Shown: piece after piece, positions 14,243-27,000 of the stretch
How the letters are laid out: each line of letters starts with the position of its first letter
Numbering within the stretch: position 1 is the first letter of the stretch
Origin: Seison nebaliae
Lineage: Eukaryota
Reading direction: 5' to 3'
Assembly: GCA_023231475.1 (NCBI GenBank)
Contig: JALJEE010000804.1
Span: 1 to 44,229 of the forward strand
DNA: 44,229 nucleotides
The notes under the pieces: generated by a model
The model's input: only the letters and a program-made list of their open reading frames with translations
Told to the model about the DNA's origin: nothing
Databases searched by the model: none
Program-made: the position numbers and the translations under genes

Positions 14243-17200
14243 AGAAGAAGAAGAAGAAGAAGAGGAGGAAGAAGAAGAGGAGGAAGAAGAAGAAGAAGAA
14301 GAAGAAGAAGAAGAAGAAGAAGAAGAAGATGGATTTAGTGAAATGTTTCAATCGAATAGAGATCTCTTTATAAATGACGGATTGGAATCGACGAATGGAT
14401 TGATGATGAAGGAATCGGAACAAAAGAAGAATTTGGGCCAAAGTTATTTAATGGATCGATTTGATAAGATGTTTCTGTTGGGTAAAAATCCGTGGAAGAA
14501 TGGAATGGATGACAATCATGTAGAACATGTTAAAGAGGAATTGAAGAATGATATTCCGATTACTAATGAGAAGACATCGAGTGAAAAGGAAGAGAATAAT
14601 CGATTTTTTATGTTCAATTGGAATTCTCTCGAAATCGATGGAGATGAAGAGAAGAATTTAATGGAAATATTTTTTGGAAATTATCAAACAACCGATGAGA
14701 TAAAAGAATTAGAAAATGAAAAAGATTCGATGGAAGACGAAGAAGTGATAATTACAAGTGAACAATCCACCACCGACGATGAATTGAGTAAGAAAGAGAA
14801 AGTTATGACGTTGGAAAAGATTGAGGAGAAACTGTTACAAATTGGAGGGAAAGATATGTTAAGTCGTCCATTTAGATTCACAGATGGTGAAGAAAAATTA
14901 TTAGAAAGAACTTGTGGTCATTTCAAGAGTCATTCAACGACATTGGCTGAGAAGAATAATATTCGGGGAAGTGAAACGGAATCGGCAAGTGAGGGTGAAA
15001 TAGAAAATAGGCAATTAATCTCCAAAATTCATGGTTCAAAAAAGACGTTGAAAAAGAAGAAATATCCTTCAGGAACATCAACGATCATTTTAGATAAGAA
15101 TCATCATCTGATAATTTGTCCGTTAGAAGAAGATGGTGTTGATGAAGAAGAGGTAGAGAAAGAAGATGAGAGTGAAGATAATGTGTTGAAAGTAGAAGAA
15201 GAAGATCAGAAGGATGAAATGGAAAATGTTTCAGACAATGGAGAAATGGATAAGGAAGAAGAAACTGAAGATATTGGACGATGGAAACGATCGGAGAACA
15301 TTGAAGATTTCATTCATAATGAACAAGATCGAAAACGAATTGAAATTCTCAATAAAAAATTCGAAGATTTCGAGAACGAATATATGCGAGCTGTAAAAGA
15401 AGATGGTTTGAGAGTCTCCCGTAAATATTATTATTTGTCTGATATTCATCCGAAAGTTCCTTTAAGTATCGACTTCTTGAAGGAATATCAGGCATTTCTA
15501 GAGAAGAAAGCGGCTGAAGAACATAGTTCTTTCTTGATAGAAATTGATATTAGTGACGACGATAGCGACGAATTGACTGATGATGATAATGAAGATGATA
15601 TTGAAAATGAAATTGGAAATGATGATTATAATGACGATAATGATGAGGATGGAAATGAGGACGAAGATGAAATGAATCATCGATCGATTAGTCAAGAGAT
15701 TGAAACACAACGACAATTCCTCAGAAAGAATTTACAAGGAATAAGAAATTTATCGAAATTGTCAATTCCGTTGACATTGGAAAGTATTGAGAAAACTTAT
15801 TTGAAGAATGCGGATGGAACACATGGATCGATTCTGAAGCAGATACAGGAATTGTCAACTCTCTCGCATAATTTAGGAGAAAATTGTAACATTCTATCTC
15901 AAAGTGATGATGAGATTCATAATGATTATGAAGATGATGAAATTGAGGAAGATGAAGAAGCTGAAGAAGATGAATTTGAAGAAGAAGGTGATGAGAATGA
16001 GGAGGAAGAAAAAGAATATGAAGAGGAGAGAGAAGAGAAGAAGGAGAAAGAAGACGTTTTTAATGATGATGATATCATTAAATTAATGAAAATTCGAGAG
16101 AAATCTTTAAAGATGGAAGAGATGGATGAACAGAAAACGGAAGAAACGATCGTTCGTTTGAAAGAGGAAGCTATTCGACGTATTTCGAATTTCAAAGAAG
16201 AAAAATTGAAATATCTCCGACAACTCACACAGAGCAATGACGTAAAATGTATTAATATTCGAGAATTGTTTAATGCACAATTGAAGCAGAGAAGAGAAGA
16301 GCCTATCAAATTGACGAATCATTTACTTTTCAAAGAGGAATTTTCCAATCGTAAGAAAATCGAACATATCATCAATTTGTCGTTGACGAGAACGTTAAAG
16401 ACGGATGAAGTTTCTGAATCGACAATTGTCATCAATTCGCAACCATATGAATTCATTATCGAATGTCTAAAACCATCAAGCGTTTTCATTAAATTTTTCT
16501 TTTGTTAATTCTCTCCATCTTCTAAAGTTATCGACGATGATTGAATTTAATCCGATTTTAACAGTTGTCGTTCTACGACGATTAATTAATGCGGATGCTG
16601 ATGAATTACATGAATTCATTTATGAATTATTCTCATCGAATATGACGTTGCATTCGTTAGAAGTCGTCAATCGATTAATGACGATACAAGATCAAGTTTC
16701 ATTTCAGTTTGTCTTCTCACAAAGTTTCGTGTTTTAACATTCATCCATCCTTCATTCTCAATTATTTTTCATCTCAATTTATCGTTAGAATATTTAGGTG
16801 GTTACATATCGAGATGCATCGAAACATGTGAGCAGACAGCTGATCGATATACTCAATTACGATTTGTACGATTACTTTGCGTTTTCTTACAATCACTTAT
16901 AAGGAATCACATCGATATTCAGGTTTTATGAACAATTTATAAAAATTAATTTTTTCAAATGTCTTTCCGCTTGAAGATGGAATCGAGAGAAATTGAGAAT
17001 TTCTGTTTAGCATTCACTCATATCAATGAAGCGAATGTTCTTTATAAGTTGATACAAAATCTTCCGATGATGCAACAAACGTCCGATAGTCGAAAAGGTT
17101 TGCTGAAGGGTTTCCCCAAAACGCCCATCACTCCCACCTCATTCAACACCACTTCCACAACGACCAATACGGCCATCACTACGACAACGACAATTATGTC

Positions 17201-17384
17201 AACAGTGACAACGAAAATCAGCAATAATAATAACAATAGTACAAAGATTGTTAATCGAGTCATGACGATAAAAGATCCTTTACCATGTCCGGCTAGAATT
17301 GATCTGAAGAAGAATGGTGAAAAGACGACGGAGAATGAATCGAAGAAGAAGAAGAATAATCGATTAGCAAATGATGACACTTAA
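8706..17384 (+). CDS. CNOT11: CNOT11 C-terminal-domain protein (about 2816 aa). Exons 8706-8721, 8785-16481, 16528-16723, 16789-16922, 16977-17384
   Basis: The spliced 3' end, [99 protein letters not shown], matches the CNOT11 C-terminal (DUF2363) domain ([39 protein letters not shown]). In-frame TAA at 8697 lies just upstream of ATG 8706. Boundaries of the third intron (16724-16788) are uncertain. Confidence 0.85.
14178..14327 (+). repeat. (GAR)50 coding trinucleotide repeat, poly-Glu of about 50 residues
   Basis: Uninterrupted gaa/gag run in the ORF frame. Confidence 0.95.
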
Positions 17385-17662
17385 TATATTTTCAGTTTAA
17401 TAAAATTCGGTTTTCTTAATTGGACGATTATTAATTGTTTGATATTTAACATTTGATGAAAAGAAGAAGATTGAAATGACAACCTCAAATTAAGAGAACC
17501 TTTCGTGTTTTTTAGGAAATCATAATAATTTAGAGAAAGTTTTTCTAGCTTAGGGAAATAGAAAGAAAAAGAAGGAGAGGTGGTGGTGGGGGATGAGAAG
17601 GAGAAATTTGATCAGAAAGATTTGGTTGCCGCGTTTTTTTTAACTGACAAATATGAGATTGC

Positions 17663-17700
17663 GAGAGAGAGAGATAGAGAGAGAGTGAGTGAGTGAGTGA
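17663..17700. repeat. (GA)n/(GAGT)n microsatellite
   Basis: gagagagagagatagagagagagtgagtgagtgagtga. Confidence 0.8.
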
Positions 17701-20700
17701 ATAAGGGAGAAAGAAATAGGAATGAATGAGAAATGTCGACATGGTTCTTCATGTGCTTGATGGTCGTCTTTGTTCCATCAGTGAATCGAGTAGAGATAGC
17801 AAGGATATCTATCAGTCTATTTGTCTGTCGATTTCGTCAGTTCCACTCATGTCTGCTCCACAATCAGTGACAGATGATAATTTTCCGTTTTGGTGTGAAG
17901 AAGTAGGAGTTCTCCTATTCAAAATAGTCATTGAAAGTTGACTGATAAGCGAGAAGACAATAGAGATGTTTTCTATATCTTCTACCAGTCGAACTCGAGA
18001 CATGGAAACAATAGAAATTAAAAGAAAATGATCTCTTGATCAATAAATGAACCTTTTAACAATTTCTCCATTCTCTCCTTACATTTTCTTACCATCACAC
18101 CAAACAACAATAACAACAATCAGATTATGATCAACGATCTCGTTGTTGTTGTTGTTGTTGTTAAGTAATTATTATGATGATGATAATGATTAAAATAATG
18201 AATTTACTCTAATCATTTTTTTTAGAATTGAATAAATTATTGGAATTCCTTTCTCATCTGATCCGAATTGTCAGTAACAGAAAATATTTTGATGATGTTT
18301 AAATAAATGTGAAGGTTGAGGGACGGACGGGTCTGACACCAGATTTTGACGACATGTCAAAGAGAATAATGTGTTTCTGTCATATTTACTCTTATTCCAA
18401 ATTTGAGAGGGAAAGAAAATCAAGCAAAATAATTACGACCCAAATGTTTAGTAAAAGAATTCTGTTCCATTAAAAAAAATCTTCTTTCTAATATTGGGAA
18501 TTTTTATTCCGATTATTGTTCTTTCGATTGAACGAAGATTGATGATCATGTGGGAATGAGTTAGAAATCTCTAAATTGATTTATTTCCCAATAAACAGAT
18601 TCGCTTGCTAGAGATGGAAGAATTGAATTGGATGAAAGATGAATTCATATTGTTCGAATCCATCATCAATCAGCCTCGAGGCTTTCCTCATTTCACACAT
18701 AATTAATTTTATTATTGAACATTACCGCCGCGCCCCTCTCTAAAATCGAATATGTTTTCCGAATAATTAAAAGTTGTGTAGTTAGAATCAAAGTTAGGCG
18801 GTTACGATGACAATCCCAATAAGATCCATTGTCGTCGTTCGGTGGATTGAAGACGAAAAAGACCGAAGATAATTGGAGAGAATTTTTTTATAAGAGAAAT
18901 TCTTCATCGATCAAATTCTGATAAATTTAATCTCTACATTTTCATTGTTTCATAAACAACATTTATTAATCCCATTCAGTCGAGATGAGAATAAGAGAAA
19001 TGTTAGTTAGTTTTTGACGACCTTCACATCTCAACTGCCCACCTAAAAAATCTTCCTATCCGAAATCATTCCTCTTCTTCTCCTATCCGTTTATTGCACT
19101 AGTTCTCTTATTATTCACGACGAACATCATGAGACTAATGAAGATGTTCGTTTATTGGACAGTTGTGCAAATAAATGAATGAAATGTGAGAAATTGTTTT
19201 AACGTTCCACTTACATAATTCGTCTGGCAGAGAAATGGGCAAACTTTCTTCCTCCAAGGGCCACTACGTTCAAAGTAATTTCTCTCTCTCATATTTTCCT
19301 ACAACAATCTCAGCCATTGTTCAACAATAAACAAAAAAGAATAGGAAAATCGACTGATTGAATTAGAGGCAGAAACATCTTGGCAAGTCGAGTAGACAGC
19401 CTCCTAAAGAAATTTATCTGAATATTTGTTATTAGTACTGCTGGCGGCAAGATTAACTTGCAGAATTTCTTCATAGTCATTGTATGTGTGTGTGTATATA
19501 TGGAAATATGTTCACGATTAGGATTGTAACGCCGCTTCCGAGCTTTAATTGAGAAAATGTTGTATTTAATTATAGAAGTGACCAGAAAAACAAATATTGA
19601 TGGAGAACGGGGTCGCCAACTGTCTTGCAAGAATGTCTCATTTCGGTTTTGTTTTGGACACATGTCGTTGTCGACGTCGTTCTCGTCGTAGTAGTAGTAC
19701 AACTGCCTTCTTATGAATTCGAATAAATATTTCCCTTCCTACTATTTCCTATTACTCCCCTCCCCTCAAATCATTATAAAAAAACAAACTCATTTAATTT
19801 TCCTAAATAATTTCTCTCACAAGTCGAGTTCGTATGAGAAATATGTCGAAAGTTCTTTTAAAAAAATCATAAAGTCAGACAAATATTTCATTCACTTCAT
19901 TGAATTGCCTTTTCGATTATCTGATTTCCAATTGTTTTCAATACGATTTCTTTTCATTTTACGATTCTTTCGATTTTACTATTATTGTTCAAAAGAATTG
20001 TTCTTCTCCATCTGTCAATTCCTCGAACGGAACTCTGAGATTTATCTTTCCTGTCTTTTTTAAATTTAATTGGTTCTTCTTCAACTAAAAAAATCATAAA
20101 TTTACCCATCAATTTTTAGTACTGTTAAGGAAATGGGATTGAAGGGAGAATTGTTGAAACCTCATAAATATGCTTTCTTTCACTTCTGACTTGTGAAGAA
20201 AAAAAGTAGGATATATGATAATTCGAAATCGTTGGATTAGAAGTTAAGACTTGTAGGAAGGAAACTATCAAAGTTGAACGAAAAAATTTTACAGAAAACT
20301 AGGAAATCTATTAAGTGAATTCAGAGTCACAAGTCAAATATGGTGAAAAGAATTTAATTCGAGCTAACACTTCTCTTCACCTCAACCATACGAGTATGAT
20401 TGGCCAATAAAAATTAAAAATATTTTCTTCGATTGCTGAATGAAAACTAAAGGGAAAATCATAGTGTTTACATTGTGATAATCTGAATGAATAACTGTGA
20501 CGTTAATAAATTGTGTATCAAGAGATTAGGAATTTCCATCATCATCATCATCATCATCGTCTTCTTTAGAATCGTTAGAAAGTGGAGGTAATCAGCGGTA
20601 CCACGTGTCTCTCATGATGTTGTGGATTTGAAGTAATAAGGACTGGAACGGAAGCGAGAAGTATCAGTAGAATCATAAAGAAACTAATTGAAAATCAGCA

Positions 20701-20999
20701 TGAATTCCATCATCAATGCCGATCTGAAGAGATTCATCAATTAATTTGTTTCCTTCCTTCTTTCATCATCAACATCATCTTCATCGTCGTCATCATAATT
20801 TTTCTATCAACGTGAAGAAGCAACTTCAACGAAGCGGTAAATCTTCATGTTAACAAGTCTTCCTTTTATTATCTCTCTATCTCTATCTCTTTATCGTTCC
20901 TACACTTCTCAAATTATATTCTTTCCAATGTTTTTCTAGAGAATATCATCGATTTATCTTCAATTATTCCACCCATATATTACTTCTTATATTAATTAT

Positions 21000-21000
<1 letters not shown>

Positions 21001-21030
<30 letters not shown>
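21001..21030. repeat. (AT)n microsatellite
   Basis: atatatataaatatatatatatatatatat. Confidence 0.85.
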
Positions 21031-24000
21031 TGACAATATTCTCTTATGACACAATTGACCTTTCCTCAGTAAAGTTGATCGTCTCGAACCATATTTTTTC
21101 TTTTCATTACATTCTATTAGAGAACAAATACCCATTTGAAATTGGTCAGAAAATTTTGACTTAGAAATGAGAAAAACTGATGAATATGAACTTGAGAATT
21201 ATCTTGTTTTTTTAATCTTTCTTCAAAACATATAACGAATTTAGTTTTTCCATTTTGTTTTATATCGGATCAATATAAAATTATGCAATTGATGAAGATA
21301 CGGATTGATGATGATAAAATGTTATTGGAAAGAAATTTCCATAAATTGAAATGAAAGGGTAAATAGATTTGGATTGAATTGCCACAAGAATTGTTCGAGA
21401 ATTATGTAGTGAATTGAATTGACAGAAATTGCTCTTCAGCTCAGTTTGACATTTGGAGCAAATAAGTACAGAATATGTTTGTGGTGACACCATTGTGAAG
21501 TGGATGAGCAGAAGTATGAAGTAGAAGGAGCATTGCTGAGCGACAATTGTTCTCGACATAAAATCAATGATCACTTTTGTTGTTTAAGGAATTCTTTTTT
21601 GTTATTTCTTCTTCATCGCCTTCTCTCTCCCATACCATCCCACTCCCACTTGATGGCGAAAGAATAAAATGGTATTTTCTGAAAGAAATGGAAACGGAAA
21701 GCTGCAATCAACTCGTCTTTCCTTTCTCAAATAAATGAAGGGAATTCGATTTCAGTCCATTCCGCTCCAACTAATCGAACTTCATTTGATATTCTCGTCT
21801 ATTTTCTTTCACTCCAAAAGTGTTTTACTTTCTAACTCATCAATTCATTATCATATTATATAACTCTAAAATCGGTCAATTCAGACGAATATTAATTTAT
21901 CTTCATCTACTTTTTCCATTTAAAATCGTTCCAGACGACCTCAATCTTTTGATGAGTGAAGAAGGAGAAATTTAAATATGAATCTGCAGAAATGGACGGC
22001 TAATAAGATTGGCGTATGTCTAATCAAAAAAAGGTCATTCGAATCATGTCTTTTCGATTTGTCGGATGACGATGAAGTTCTTAGTAAAAGATAAAAGGAT
22101 TAATCAATTATTCCCCTATCTTATTAGTCCCATCACCTTTGGAAGAAAGTATTGTTTGGGTACTTGTGTGTTTGTGTGTGTATGTGTGTATGAATTCCTG
22201 ACTCTTGTCAGAACAATAGATTTTACCGACGAACGTATCTCAACCAATCTCATGAGAGTGAGAGTCTCGAACTTGGAACTAGATACGGACATATATACAT
22301 ATCAATTTATCTTCCTTTGAAAACGGCAGAATATGAAGGCCGAAAAGAAAATTCTATGAAATTATATGAAATTTCAATTTTCCCTCTAAACTATCAATTA
22401 CTTCACCTTCTTTCCATCCGAATGTTCATTATTCGCTTTTTTGCATCGTCTCCCCTATCATCATCAAATCGAGAATTCACTACGAAAACCTTTTCTTTTA
22501 CTCCACCTTCTTACAATTGTATGAATTTCAATTAACAACCTGTCCATATCTACCTATCAATCTAACTCTCCACTTGCCTCTAGTTATCATAGGGAGACTT
22601 AATATGTTTTATGGTCAGCCATTCTAACGATGGTGATGTATCACCTTAAATTCGTGATAAGTTATGCGAGAATATAATGACAATTTCTCTTCAACTATTT
22701 CCACTCAAATGGATAGAACTTACAAAAATAGAATATCATTTTTATTTAGTTAATGAAAATTTTGTTACTCGTACGAAGAACCTGAATCAATCGTCCTATC
22801 TTTCTTTCAATAAACTTCTACCTTCTTTTTTGTCTTTATTCTCATCTCGCACTTCTTAGCTTTATGCGAAAATTTTAAAATTAGATCAACAACAACAGTC
22901 AGTGTTTAAGTGAAAACTCAAAAAAGTTTTGGTAACGATTATGTTTCCAGTAAGAAAACGTTTGTTATTGAAAGCAAGGTGATGAGAGGAAATTCTTGTA
23001 ATAATATACTTTAGATGAATAGTAATATAAACTTTTCCAATCATGTTTATTATGATAAGTTGTTCGAAACGTAAAGCAGATGGGTGAAAATTATCTTAAT
23101 TTTCTTTAGTTCCAAAGTAGTTCCGATTGAGTTCCGGCGTCTTTAAGCTTACAGTTGTTGGGTGTTAACAATTTTATTCGCTTTTAATAGAGACACATAT
23201 TCGTTGTGTAAAAGAGAATAATTATTGGAAATTGAGCGATACCGTTTTGAATGGAGTAAATCAGAAGAAAATTGAGTTAAGATATAAAGTGAAGAAAAAT
23301 GTTTTCCGATTTCCTTTTCATTTGTTTAATAACAATAAATCACATTAGAAACGAAAAATTTCTTCAGTGGAAAGCAGATCCATAAACTCCAATTGAATTG
23401 ATGGAGTGGAGGAAACTCTCAAAATTTTGAGATAGCACATCACTTCTTAATAGGAATTCGGTTCAACTCTAAAGCAAATAAACGGGTAGAAATAATCCAC
23501 CAAAGTTAGGAATGCCGACACAAATAATCGCTTATTATTGTTATGATGTTGATTATTGGAAAGCGTGTAAATCCATCAATGTAGAAGTAGCGAACTTTTT
23601 ATTATAGCATCAAACTTCTATCATCTTCTAGTTCTACTTCAAAGAAAAACAAAAACAAAGTCTTCATAAATCTCTCTTGATATTATTATTATTAATTTTT
23701 CGTCTTTTTTCTTTTTGAGAACTGAAACGGTTCCTATATGTTTGTTTTCAATTAAACGATGTATTTCGAACAAATTGAAATTAAAGTTTCTTTAAACAGA
23801 ATTTAAATTGGAAAGTTTCCCAGCAATTCTTTGTGTGTCTGGAGAAGGAAAAAAAATATTCGTTAGGAAATTTAAAAAATTTAATTGCAATTCAACAATG
23901 ACGTCATCGATTGTTGATATTGTGTAATCTTCGCTCAATCAAGACCATTTTTTAAGCCGGAATTATTTATCTTTCATTCTCATTTGTTTATTCTTGTTCA

Positions 24001-27000
24001 ATCGACGTAACAATAGTAACCGTTTAAAATTTCATTTCATGACTTCACATTTATATTAAACTGCGTAATAAAATTAGTATTGATCAGAGAATTGAATAGG
24101 AACGATTAAGAGTCATTCGGATATGGACGAATGGAACTAAATCATTACAGGAATAATAGAATTAATGACTCCTTTCATTATGATTTCTTTTCGCCGATTT
24201 CTATTCGATTCTTTCGAATGAGATGAATATCAATCATTTATTTGCACAAGTCAATCGCTCAACACTTGTCAATCGATTGTCATTATATGGCAATAGATTT
24301 TTTTGTGTAAATTATGTAAAAAATAAATGTCGTTAACGAAGAACGAAAGAATGACATTTCGCTTCGTGGAAAATTGGTTCGAATGAGTTTCCAACGAAGT
24401 TATTGTTTGAGAAATTGATATGAATCGGAAGAACCGCATCATACATTATTATATATAACGAAATTGTTGTTGGAACGAAAATATCCATTACATGAATTCG
24501 CTTTCGAATTTTTGAGTTGGGAGTGGAAATGTGCGATGAGAATGAGCAACTGCCGCCATCTAGATCAAGAGGAACATGCTCATTATCATCGACTCATTGA
24601 GATAATAGTGAATGAACATCTGCCGACTATTTGTATTTCTCACGTCGTGATGACGTAAGCCACTAATCTCTGCATATTCACTATCTGTTTGTGTTTGTCT
24701 ATGATACGTGATATTTAATTATCCGACACCAACTCCTTATTCTTCAAAATATTCTTTCCTTGTAAAATTATTTATTAGTTTTACTCTTTTTCTCAAAATT
24801 CTTTCATTCTCTTCCAATAACGTGTATGAATGTGTGAATTTGATAGGGCGAGGACGTTAAGAAGAACAATCACCGGAAAAAGAATTAGTTGTTAACTTTC
24901 AATGATCGTTTCATACAATTAAATGAGCGTGGAGAATGTGCAATAGAGTCCTTAGGCGAAGAGGAAGTCCATCTTTTCTGAAGGAATTATTGAATAAAAT
25001 CTTCTTTCATTTACGATTAGTCACTCACTCACTCGAGACCGACAATGCAAATTAAATCAGAAGAAAGTGGTGAAATGAAAATAATTGAAAAGTTCTTTCC
25101 TTATGTCTCCAACGGAGAAATTATTCTATAACTGACTAGGTAGAATAACAAACGGATTTGGGAAAAACATTAAATGGCGGTGAGAGGAAACATCAAAAAT
25201 TTCATTTTCTACCGTTGTGCCGGGAAGGATAAGAAAAAAGGAGAGAAAGTGGATTTTGCTTAATAAATACAGTTGATAATGTAATAAATTAATAGAAGTT
25301 TAAGGTAGAATTGTCAATGGAAAAATTTTAGATTATTTGTTCTTTGTTTTGTTATGTTGAGGAAAACAGGAGAATCTTTTCTAGAATAGTCTCATTTGAA
25401 TGAAAGAAAAGCTCTTCAGACTTTTCAGAAAGAAGGAGAACAAGAGTAGAGTGTTGGTGGTGGTGATGGTGGTGGGGGATTTGTGTTAGGATAAATCTTC
25501 AGATAAGCTAGGAGATATAATAAAAGAATTGAGATCAGCATTATTCTGATAATACTAATTCTCATCTTTTCTTTTCCAATTCACCTCCAACAACAATTTA
25601 CCTCTGTCTTTCTCCTCATTCTTATTTCTCCGGAGATTTGTAATGGATTTTGAGATGATGAAATTTGGTGGGTAGGGAAATCGTCTCTATTGTGTTAGTT
25701 ATATGACCATTCGGAATGAATGATGGAGAATACAATGACGACATACGTATAAATAGTAGTTGATGAGACACCGTGAATTGCATTGATGGATAAATTGATA
25801 AAGAAAATAATTGAGTATAATTTGTGAGCGACATTAATCCTATACGGAATCCTATTCTTTCTTTCCAGTTTTCATTTAATTAATTTATCTCATCAACTAA
25901 CTTTCGATTGGTCGTCGATAGATGAATGTAATTGAGTGGAATAATTTATTTATTAAAAGAAATCGATTTTTGTTTATCGATAAGCAAGAGGGGAGGGCGG
26001 CGAACAATTAGAAATATGAAGAATGAGTAACAGAGAGGTAATGGAAGTGTGGAATTTATCGTTTATTTATCGTAGATTAGAAAAATGGTTCTCTGTTCCA
26101 ACGGGTTTTGACCCATGAAAAACTTGAAACGACCCTTCTCCTTCTTCATTTCTGTCGAATTGGATGTTAGTTGAAAATGAAGATGATAATGATGATGATG
26201 ATGATGATGGAGAGGATTGGGTGAGGGGCAATGGTTTCAAAATAGTCCTATGATGATGATGATGATGATGTACATTTCATGTATATTCATTCGTATACAT
26301 GTTCATTCTTTTCAACTGAACACACGTATATGAATCAAGAGCGTAAGTGTTACTGTATAATCGACATGGCGATTGACATCCTTGTAACTGGTGAACAGAA
26401 AAGTGAACAAAGATGTACTTCTATGCGTAATATTATGTAACATGTATAGATATGATTAGATACAAAATACGAATAAGATGTAAAATGAGGAGGGGGAGAA
26501 AGTAGATGTGAAATAATTTAAATAAAGTATATAATTTTAAATTTTATTACATATCACTATTTTTGATTAGTTTCTCTAATAACTGATGAAACGATTATTT
26601 TAATGTTTTGTTCCATTTCTCACCTCAAAATTTATTGAGTCAGAATTTTAGTGACCGTCTTAATATCTCTTTCAATTGCCAGCCAGGAAAAATGAATTGT
26701 TTCTTCATATGTTTTCTTTTTCTACAACAATTTTTTCTATTATGAAAACTATTTATAAATTATTTGATGACTGTAAGAAAAATAATTAGAAAGAAAGAAA
26801 TGTATTTGTCGGTTATTGGCTGGATAAATATTACCAATCAAATACTACATTTGGATAAATGTTTCCATTCGGAAAATTTAGATAGATTTTATGAAAATCG
26901 ACTATTATCGACTGATAAAATTGAACAAAAAAGAAGAAGATATGTTGACCTTCTTTCTTTGTTTTTTCACTAAAAAAGATTGTGGTAGTTCTCCTTTTTC

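Noticed and set aside
13932..14441. Antisense poly-Phe ORF and alternate-frame poly-Lys ORF; likewise the poly-Ile and poly-Val ORFs at 7753-8080 and 6005-6361
   Set aside because: Shadows of trinucleotide repeats in the real CDS; the repeats lack stops in other frames
15680..15745. [16 protein letters not shown] faintly resembles the GGNBP2 C-terminal CNOT11-binding helix, suggesting a fused ligand
   Set aside because: Too short and generic for a charged helix; would need a profile search
20575..20676. 33-aa minus-strand ORF with a signal-peptide-like start (MILLILLASVPVLITS)
   Set aside because: Short hydrophobic ORFs arise readily by chance in AT-rich DNA; no splice or homology support
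21569..21580. 12-nt match to the reverse complement of the miR-153 3' end
   Set aside because: The seed region does not match and there is no convincing hairpin
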